This document shows positions 54,776 through 64,000 of a stretch of DNA of 64,000 bases, in pieces (position 1 is the first letter of the stretch; each line of letters begins with the position of its first letter). The notes below the pieces were generated by a model that had not been told where the DNA came from, did not search any database, and worked only from the letters and a program-made list of their open reading frames with translations. A program made the position numbers and the translations under genes. Source of the stretch: the human T2T-CHM13v2.0 reference genome, Homo sapiens. The stretch is from assembly GCF_009914755.1 (NCBI RefSeq), contig NC_060927.1. One strand, 5' to 3'.

Positions 54776-56400
54776 ATTCACTTAATACATATTTATTTCT
54801 TGCCCACAAAAGACATGTCTTTATCTAGCCACCAAGAATACAGTAATGACCGAAAAGCACAATTACTTTCTTCTTGGAGCTTACACAATAAACACACCAA
54901 ACGAATAATTCGATAAATAAGTAATACAATGACAATCAGTGATAAATGCTATAAAGACACAAAAAAATCAGGCTATGAGAACTGAGAATGATAGAAAGCC
55001 AATTTTAAACACAGTAAGCAGGAAGGAATGCCCCGAGAATGTGGCATTTAGGTGAAGGGCTGAACTAAACAGGGAAAGAATTATGTGGGTATCTACAGGA
55101 AAACCATTTTCAAGAGAGGGGACATCAAATCCAAGGGCTCTGAGACAGGGCCAAGCTTTTTGTGCTTGGAGAGGACCAAGAAGGCAGGGTAAGTGGGAAA
55201 AACAATGATGAGGATGAGTGTTAAGAGGAAATGTCATGAAAGCAATGTGGAGACTGGACACACAGGGCTTTGTAGGTCAATGGTGAGGTGCTTGGATTTT
55301 ATTCTAAGTGTGTTGGGAAGAGACTGGATAATTTTGGGCAGGGGGTAATGTGATATAATTAGATATTTGAGAGATTGCTGTGGCTGCTGGGTGAAGAACT
55401 GAGTAACACAGAGGTGGTGTAAAAATGAAGCGGAAAGAACAATTAGGACAGCCAGTAGTATAGGTGATAAACCATGGTAGCTTGGTAAAGGATACTAACA
55501 ATGTAGATGCTGAGTAATGAATATTTTAAAGATAGGCTTGCAAGAACTTGCCAATAATCTGTATGGAGTATGAGACAAAGAGATAGTTGGTGATAGCAAC
55601 TAAAATATGATTCCACAATGAAACAGGGCTTTAAGGGCTCTCTATATATTGACAAGTCGTCATGACAACCTCATGAAGTGTCACTATTATTAACATCCTC
55701 ATTGTACACACGAGAAACATGAGGTACAGGGAAATTAGTGAGTTGCTAAGGCCATGCTGCTAGTACTTAAAACGGCAGGTTTTAAAGCCATGCATCTAGC
55801 TCCAAAGTCATCATCTCAACCACAACACTATTTCGAGATGCCTACTAAATATCAATGGCAACATGGAGTAGTCAGTTGTATACACCAAAGTGGAACTCAG
55901 GAGAGAAGTCAAGGTCAATGATACAAACTTATGAATCATCAGACTATAGATGTTAAAACCATGGGACAGGATGAAATCTCCTAGGGCAGAGGTTGGCAAA
56001 CTTATTCTGTAAAGTCCAGATAGTAAATATTTTAGGCTCTGAGGGCCATATTGTCTCCATTGAAACTACTCAACTATGCCATTGTAGCTTGAAAGTAACC
56101 ATAGATAATAGTAAATGAATGGGTGTGGCTGTGTTCTAACACAACTCTCTTTACAAAAACAGGCAGTAGGGGAAGATCTGCCCTCTACTCCTAGTTTCCC
56201 CTCGTGGTTTCAAGGAATAAAGGTGGTTAGAGAAGTGACAGGGAGTTGGAACTCTCTACGTTACTGATGGGAGAGGGCTGCAAAGAAATCATCAAAGGAG
56301 ACTGAGGAAGGGAAGTGACAGAGGGAGGAAGAAAACCCTCAGAAAGAACACCAAGAAAAGAAAAGATATTTATCACAAGAGGCCAAGAGTGTGGCCAGAG
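54776..56400 (-). mobile_element. L2 relic in pieces, with MIR and MER58A insertions
   Basis: L2 tail at 54776; ORF 55811-55999(-) LGDFILSHGFNIY resembles L2 RT LGDLI.SHGF.YHLYADD. Confidence 0.7.
55987..56190. mobile_element. MER58A
   Basis: cagaggttggcaaactt...ccagatagtaaatattttaggc...gaatgggtgtggctgtgttc. Confidence 0.85.
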
Positions 56401-56845
56401 GGTAGAATCACAGAATGAGAGAAGTAAAAGGGACTTTAGTCTTTTGTTCAAAGATTCTAATTTTTGTAAATAAGAAAACTGAGGCTCAATAGGAGAAAAT
56501 GATTTTCCCAAAGTCATTTCAAGAATACAATACATTTTTCTAAGGCATCCACGTTATGATGTTTCTAAGGCATACTCAAATATTATATATTTTAGCTTAA
56601 AATATAAAACAAAATTTTGCCAATAATAGCATCACCCTGAATGAGCACCTGAACACTGCATTCTGGTTCAACAAATACTGGCTGCACAACTGCTTTGTGT
56701 CTACAAGAGCATCTGGCTCTGGAGCCACGGAGATTAAAGATGCAGTGCCTGTCTTCAAGTTACTTGTAGTCTAAAAGGAGAAGTGGAAAAAGAAACAGAT
56801 AATTGCAATAACTTAAGATATGTTTTTCAGGAAATCCTAGCCAGG

Positions 56846-57194
56846 TGCTATGGACTGAATTGTGTTGCCCTCAGAATTCATATGTTGAAGTCCTAACACC
56901 CAATGTAATGGTATTTGGAGATGAGGGTTAGATGAAGTCAGGAGGGTGGAGCCCTCATGGTAAGTTAAGTGGCTTTGTAAGATGAAGACAGAAAGATTGA
57001 TCTTCCATGTGAGGACATAGTGAGAAACAGCTTGGCCATCTGCAAGCCAGGGAGAGTGCTCTCCCTAGGGACTGAATTGACCAGAGCCTTGATCTTGGTC
57101 TTCCCAGGCTCCAGAACTATGATAAATAAATGTCTGTTGTTTAAACCACCCAGTCTATGGCATTTTGTTATAGCAACGTAAGCTGACTCATACA
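56846..57194 (+). mobile_element. MLT1A-type MaLR solo LTR
   Basis: tgctatggactgaattgtg...gactcataca; perfect 5-bp TSD ccagg (56841-56845, 57195-57199). Confidence 0.92.
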
Positions 57195-57709
57195 CCAGGT
57201 GAGCCTTGAGAGCACAGGGAAGGAAAACCTAACCTTGTCTGAGCATTAGGGACAATTTCCTGGAGGAGAGGATACCTGAAATACCTCCTCCAAACTGTGT
57301 CAGTGCCTTTCCAGTATATTCCTATATTCTCTAGGCTTTTCTTCATCACAACACACATTCTTCCTAATTAAGTGACTTTGTGTTTATCTATCTCTCCACC
57401 CCCTCTTCCCACAAGTTCCTCGAAGTCAGGGCATGATTGTTTATGGCCACCTTTGCGTGCCCTTTGCAAAATACAGAGTCAGTATTCAATAAGCTACAGT
57501 TTATTGAATGAACGAAGGCATGAAAATTTGACTTGGTAACCCCAATGAACAAATGAAGGATAAATTGGAGGTACCCAGGCAAAGAAAGAAGAATTTTGAT
57601 ACAAAAAAACAAAACAGCTTAAAGAAAGACATGAACCTAGGAAGCAAGTGGTGCATTCAGGAAATGACAGGTAGACCTGAATAATCTGAAGTAGAAAGTT
57701 GAGGACTGA

Positions 57710-57950
57710 GAAACGTTTACAGCGTGCTTATAATCTATCAAGAAATACTCTGATACTCTGACTTATTGACTATATTAACTCCAGTAATGCTCATAACAAC
57801 CTTTTGATATAAGTTGTATTATAACTCCATTTTACAGAAGGGGCAACTGAGACAAACAGGTGTTGAGAAATTTGCTCAAGATTACACAACCAAGATGTAG
57901 TGAAGCTGGGAGAGGAACCCAGACAATCAGCCTCTGGAGTCCTTTCTGTG
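57710..57950 (-). mobile_element. MIR
   Basis: ctccattttacagaaggggcaactgagac...ttgctcaagattacac. Confidence 0.75.
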
Positions 57951-59451
57951 TACATGGACTTGAGAGAGCACTAATGACCACCTTACGCAGACCTATAAGG
58001 CCAGGCTAAGGAGCTTGAATTTTTGTAAGTAGCCTACTGGAAGCCATTTAGTTATGATAGCTACCTGGTTTGCTTTCATTTAAAGTAAGATTTGAGAGGT
58101 GTAAGACTGGAGTTGCAAATTTTCAGCTGAGACATATCAGGAAGCCAGGAATTATAAATGAGGAGACAGATTTCATAAGTATTTGTGGGGTAAAATTGAC
58201 AGGGCTTTATGCCAGCAGAGGGTGAAGAATGCAGAAATAAGATGAGTCAAGGGATGATACTTAGGATGATGGCTTAGGTGACAAGGTGGATGGTGAGGCC
58301 ATTAACTGAGACAGGGAATCCAGGAAGAAAAAGTGACAGGGGAAGATGATACATTTAGATTTCCCTATGTTAATTTCAAGGTGCCTGGGGGCAATCACAT
58401 GCAGATCTCCAAAAGGCAGTTGAATATTGAAGTCTGAGACTCAGGGACAGGCCTCTGTTAGATTTAAAAAGTCGAGTCATCAGCACGTAGGTGGTAGTTA
58501 ACACATGAGAGCAATGAGTTTTTTATTGTAAAATTTATGTGCACGAATATTACCTACCAGTGTGTGTGCACAACTTTGGAAGCCCAATTATCAAAAGCCT
58601 TCCTCTGAGGCCTTCTCAATTAGCTGAATCTGCAAAATATATTACAAGATGCTAAAGTAGCTCTATTGGTTTCAGCCTCTAAATGTGTCCCCAAAGTCCT
58701 CAGCAGGAAAGAAGTAACAGAGTTTGCTTTTACAAATGCACTTAAAAAAGCAAAAATAAAATAAGATAAATATAAATAAAACATCTCCCCTTCCAAACAT
58801 AAATGGTGTCCAAGGAGAAGTTGAATTCTGATGGTTTTCTTCCATGTATAAAATTAGGCCACCTCAGTTTGCCCCAACTCTATATTTTTGGTTGTCACTT
58901 ATAAAACCTTTGTATGTGGCATTGCAAGAGGGCCTTGAGGAGTTTCTTACAAGGGCAGACTTAATTAACGTTTCCAGCTGTGTGCAACTTCTCAAGCCCC
59001 AGGCAGTGAAGAGGAGCATACTAAATAGGAGGCCAACCTGTCTATCTCCATTCAAGTTTGATAACTTTTTTCTTTTTAATATTTTTTTACATTTTTTTTC
59101 TACTATGTCTAAGAATTAGCTCAAGGTTTAATAACCCTTGATCTCAGCTCAGGAAAGTGTTGAATTTGGGTAAAAACAAAAAGTAATGTTGAAACCCTTC
59201 ATCACCCTTCCATGATTCATTTCTTTTTCAGACATTTTCCAAATTTTGGGCTCCAGTCGATTCTTGTGTATTACGCTGTGAGCAAGACTTGCATGTCGTC
59301 ACAGAGAACGGGGCACTATCCCTGATAAAGATTGTGGGAGTTGGCTTCCTACAGCATCGATCACATGGCTTTAACCCACGAGCAAGATGGCTGAAGCTGA
59401 AGAATGGGCTGGATCACAAAAATAGATTTTCTGTCTGAGGTTTAATATGCT

Positions 59452-59765
59452 TTCTTTCTTTCTTTCTTTCTTTCTTTTTTTTTCTGAAGACTGAGTCTAG
59501 CTCTGTCACCCAGGCTGGAGTGCAGTGGCACTATCTCAGCTCACTGCAACCTCCACCTCTGGGTTCAAGTGATTCTCCTGCCTCAGCCTCCCGAATAGCT
59601 GGGATTACAGGCACCTGCCACCATGCCCAGCTAATTGTTGTATTTTTAGTAGAGACGGGGTTTCACTGTGTTGGCCAGGCTGGTCTCAAACTCCCGACCT
59701 CGTGATCCACCTGCCTTGGCCTCCCAAAGTGCTGGGATTACAAGCTTCAGCCACCGTGCCCGGCC
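59452..59765 (-). mobile_element. AluS (Sg-like)
   Basis: Full antisense dimer; ccgacctcgtgatcc diagnostic; (TTTC)n tail; 14-bp TSD. Confidence 0.93.
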
Positions 59766-59969
59766 ATTTAATACACTTTCATCATTATACTCAGTTTCCA
59801 GAAGGGCTTCTTGGAGTTAAGGAACATGGGTTTGGAAATCAAGAGATGGGTTTGAGGCCTGATGTAATGGTGATTTGAGTGTGATTTTGAATAAGCCATT
59901 TTTTCCATTAAGGATCTCCATTTTGTCTTTGGTAAATCAAGAACAGTGCAACACACCAGACTTACTGCT

Positions 59970-60390
59970 ACTGAGTCATTTAGTTACCGCTGCAGAGCAA
60001 ACCGTCCCCAAAATCAGGGGCTTTACACAACTATTTCTTGTTAGAGTTCACGCAATTGCAGGTCAGCTGAGGTCTCTTGTTAGATTTGGCTTGGCTGGGG
60101 TAGCTATGTGAGACAACTCCGATTCGTCTCTCATTAATCTCCTGGAACCAATGGGCTAGCCTGAGAAATGTCCTTCTCCTGGTGGTAGCTAAAACATAAG
60201 ATCACAACAGAAACACAAGACAGCTCTTGAGGTCTAGGCACAGATCAGGCATATATTCACTCTGGTCTTATTCTATTGGCCAATGTGAGTTACATCGTTC
60301 AAATCAGAGTCACTGCAAGGGCACAAGGCAAAGGACATATGTCCCAGCATGCATACCAGGAGGGGTGGAGAATTGGAGCCACCCCTAATG
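59970..60390 (-). mobile_element. Old MLT1 LTR relic
   Basis: ggtcagctgag...ggcttggctggg...ttctattggccaatgtgagttacat. Confidence 0.6.
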
Positions 60391-62328
60391 TACAACATTT
60401 AGGACAACAGTTAAAATACAAAAGTACTTTGCAATCAAATTTCAAAGAAGTTCAGTTAATCAAATTTATGTACTCATCTTTTACCTAAAGTTTCAGCATT
60501 TGTAAAGTCTCTAACTGTTCAGATCTACACTGTTTAATTAGCTGTTCTAATTGTTTCAGAAGTACAATATTTTTTCATGACAACCACCACCACCACAGAA
60601 CACCTTGCATTTACATGAACCAACAAAAATCCTTGTTATTAGAACAAAAAGGTTTTTTTTTTTTTTAAGTAGGCCGATACAAGATGGTCAAAGGATATAC
60701 AAAGACAATGTTTGCATTTTCTTTGTCTGTTAGTAAATTACCTGGCTGACCCCTGCTTCTGAAGAAACAGCACTTTTCTTATTCTGTCCACATTTGAAGA
60801 GAGGAGATCATTGATACTTACTTGCCCACTCTAATCACAAATGCGATAGGTCTAATTCTCTCCACTTTGGGATCCCTGCATCATTCCGGAGACAGGCACT
60901 GTACCTGGACCGGCATGGTTAAACATCACTCAGACATCAGTGCACCCTCCCATAGCTTTTATCTCTGAGCTGAGCTCTCTGTGCACAAAGTGCTTGTGAA
61001 AGGACAGAATGTCAAAGACAGGAACAGGTTGTGCATTTCTAAAGATAGCTGGAGAGAGTTTAAGCAGCATGTATATTTCTATCCTTATTCACAGCTTGTG
61101 TATCAAGCTTCATAGTTAGTTATAAGCATTTTATTTTAATTAAAGAGACAAACAATGACCCAGTGAGAGAATTTCTTTATTTTGAATTTTGTATTTTCTT
61201 CCTGCTCTCTCAGCCTGCCATTCTGACGGTGGAGAAATGGATATGGGCAGTTCAGCCACCTCACACCATCACACTCTCTTTTGAGAGCGGTCTTGGAAAC
61301 CAGCCAGATTGCATTGTTGTCCTTCTGTCAATTACAAGTGTGCCAGACACCCAAAGCATTGGGGAGGAAGTGCAATTATTAGAAGCTACCCAAGAGACTA
61401 TCCCAATGTCATCCCTGACTTGCCAGGTGACCTTTAGAAAATCAAATGTGTAAAAGAGGGATGATAAATTGTTCTCTAGGCCAATCATGCAAATGAGTAG
61501 AAACACCAAAGGAGAAAAAAGTTAGGGAAAGGAGAATTCCAAAGAAACCAATTTTTGTTCATGGAAGAACTGTCTTCTAATACAAAGAGAACCATTCCCA
61601 AATAATGGGTAAAATCCTTCCCCCAGATATTGGTCATAATTTACCAACCTACTCCTGTTCATGTCTGTTAATCCCAAATGCCTTCTTCCTGCCAAAACCC
61701 ATGTATCTAACACCTATTTTTTCATTTTTGGTGAAGCGTTAATGGTTTTATAAAATAACTTCTAAGATTCTTTACCCCAATGCCAGAAAAGCCTTTATTT
61801 TCCCTTGGACATAGGGCTGTGGGGATGAGAGTGAGAACATAAATGGGAAAGCAGAAAAATCTATTTATTTATTATTCATGTGTCTATGGATATAGCAACT
61901 CTATTGGCCTGGTTGTGGTCTGACACTGAAGGGATTATATTTTCAGAGCAAATATTAAAGGGAGAAATTATTCTTAGTCATCAAAGGATTGGCCTTCTAA
62001 GAATGTGTCCCAGTAAGAAATACTTTGAGCTACATAAAGAGTTGGGTAAAAAGAAAGCCATCATGAATTGAACACCAACTATACACCCACCACTTTCTTT
62101 GACATCTTATATATGTATCATTTAGTGAGAAACAAAATTACTTAGAAGTTAAAATCAAATGCAAAATGAAAGTCACTGGCTAAAATTCTCTACCATGGAC
62201 AGAGCCAATCTGGGCCTCCTTGTATATTGTTCTTGAAGGACCTTGGATAAGTTAAAATTAAATGAAATATTGGACATTATCAACAAGGCATTCTCTTAGA
62301 ATGATATGTGTCTTGCATGTTGCCAGAT

Positions 62329-62917
62329 TGTGATGATAATTTTATATGTCAACTTAACTAAGAAAAGGAATGCCCAGATAGCTGATAAAATGTTATTTTT
62401 GGGTGTGTGTGTGAGGGTGTTTCCAGAGAAGATCAGTATTTTACTCAGTAGACTGAGTAAACACAGTTCTCCCTCACCAATGTGGGCAGCCATCATCTTA
62501 TCCATCGAGGGTCCAAATGGAACAAAAAGGTAGAGGAAGGGCCAATTATTTCTCTCTCTTCTTGAGTTGGGATAGCCATGTTCTCCTGCCCTTGGACATC
62601 AGAGCCCCTGGTTCTTGGGCCTTTGAACTCAGAGACTCACCCCAGAGCTGCCTCTCATCCATCCCCTACTGCTCCTCCCTGGTTCTCAGGCTTTTGGCCT
62701 TGGACAGGCAGTTACACCATTAGCTCCCTTAACTCTCAAACCTTTGGACTTTGGCTGAATTACACTATTGGCTTTCCTGGTTTTCCAGCATAGAGACAGC
62801 ATATCTTAAAATTTCCTGGACTCCATAACCGTTGTGAGCCAATTCTCATAATAAATCTCCTCTTATATTTCTGTTATCCCATTGGTTACGTTTCCCTGAA
62901 GAACACTGATTAATATA
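62329..62917 (+). mobile_element. MLT2 ERVL solo LTR
   Basis: tgtgatgataattttatatgtcaac...gtgagccaattc...aataaatctc...gaacactgattaata. Confidence 0.88.
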
Positions 62918-62944
62918 CTGACCTTCACTCTTTACATTTGTATA

Positions 62945-63655
62945 CTAAAATATTGTAACTCAATTTTGAAGCTAACCACCTGGAGTTAGTGTTAGACTCC
63001 CCATAGATTAAAAGACACGATCCCCAACGAGACTGCCCTCACTTCAGATGTGAACAGCAAGTTAGAGGGTCCCCAGGCTACCTGTACTTTTGATCAACTG
63101 GCTACAAAACTGGGATGTTCCCATGTCCCCTCCCCCAGCTTTAATACTATTTAATACTTTAATGCTAGAATGACTCACAGTATTCAGGAAGGTGTCATAA
63201 TTACAGTTTTATTTTAAAGGATACAATGTAGGACTAGCTAGAGGGAGAGACACATAGATGAGGTCTTCGAGTGTCAAATATTCAGAACTTCTATGCACTT
63301 TTCTCATGGGATCAGAGCACATCACCCACTCAGGACGTCAGTGTGTTCATCAGCCATGAAGTTCCAGTAAGCTTTGGTGTCCAGGGTTTTTACTGGGTTT
63401 TCATTACATAGGCAAGTGGATTGAACCAAATCTCTAGCCACTTCTAGCTTCCCAAGCTCAAAGCCTCTCTAATCACATGGTTGCCTTTTTTTGGTAACCA
63501 GTCCCTAACCTGAATCATCTGCTTTGCATAAACTCAAGTGTGATCCAAGGCACACATGAATAACAAAGAAACTCCTATCACTTGGGAAATTTCAAGGATT
63601 CAGAGTCTCGCCTTCAGGAACCAGGGGCAAAGGCCAGCCATATTCTTCTTATATG
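62945..63655 (-). mobile_element. MER21-type LTR
   Basis: agactgccctcacttcagatg...caaagaaactcctatcacttgggaaatttcaagg...caggaaccaggggcaaaggcc. Confidence 0.78.
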
Positions 63656-63785
63656 ATGTATACTTAAATTTACATATATGCATAAATGTATGTGTATCAA
63701 TTATATATGTATTATATTGTGATATATACACTATATATAATATATAAATGCATGTATATATAAATGTATATGTACAAATAAACAT
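63656..63785. repeat. (TA)-rich low-complexity tract
   Basis: Seen directly in the sequence. Confidence 0.8.
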
Positions 63786-63834
63786 AAAGCCATCTAATGT
63801 CCATGTGTTTTTGTATCTCCTTCATGTACCTATA

Positions 63835-63920
63835 CAGCAGTCCCCTCTTTCCTGCAATGGTTATGTGCTAAGACCCCCAGAGGGTGCCTAAAACTGGATA
63901 TAGTATTAAACACTGTATAT
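63835..63920. mobile_element. MER44/Tigger7-like terminal fragment
   Basis: TA then cagcagtcccctct...aagacccccagagggtgcctaaaac, matching the recalled MER44 end. Confidence 0.7.
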
Positions 63921-64000
63921 ACTGGATACAGTATTAAACACTGTATAAACTGGATACAGTATTAAACACTGTATATACTGGATACAGTATTAAACACTGT
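63893..64000. repeat. 28-bp minisatellite, at least 3.9 units, runs off the window
   Basis: Unit ACTGGATACAGTATTAAACACTGTATAT at 63893, 63921, 63949 and 63977. Confidence 0.95.

Noticed and set aside
58211-58225. CTCF-like motif GCCAGCAGAGGGTG
   Set aside because: It has a mismatch at a core position, lies inside an L2 relic, and is not distinguishable from background without ChIP data.
63893-64000. Palindromic 28-bp repeats resembling CRISPR direct repeats
   Set aside because: The units are head-to-tail with no spacers, there are no cas genes, and the context is primate DNA; this is a minisatellite.

Overview
This is primate (very probably human or great-ape) non-coding genomic DNA. It is AT-rich and CpG-depleted, with no CpG island. 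I recognise no protein-coding exon and no rRNA, tRNA, snRNA or CRISPR array. The ORF track is explained by Alu-, LINE- and LTR-derived or chance ORFs. Much of the window is transposon-derived: Alus (FLAM, J, S, Y types), many MIR and L2 relics, old L1M and CR1/L3 fragments, ERV1/ERVL/MaLR solo LTRs (MER41 x2, MER4-group, MER61-like x2, MER21, MST x2, several MLT1, MLT2 x2) and DNA-transposon relics (MER5A, MER58A x2, MER3, MER20, MER63, MADE1, MER44/Tigger7-like). Several retain target-site duplications (TSDs). Subfamily names come from recalled consensus sequences and need RepeatMasker/Dfam confirmation; boundaries of ancient repeats are approximate. I found no new multi-gene biological system. 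The best leads are: (1) an ~85-bp unique segment (2975-3059) copied as a templated insertion into a MER41 LTR 1.7 kb away, where the LTR also keeps tandem STAT GAS sites; (2) a perfect zero-spacer p53 response element at 40947-40966; (3) a hairpin-forming 28-bp minisatellite arising from a MER44/Tigger7-like end at the right edge; (4) a closely spaced inverted Alu pair; (5) a ~4.3-kb apparently TE-free, motif-rich island with a 30-bp near-perfect palindrome.
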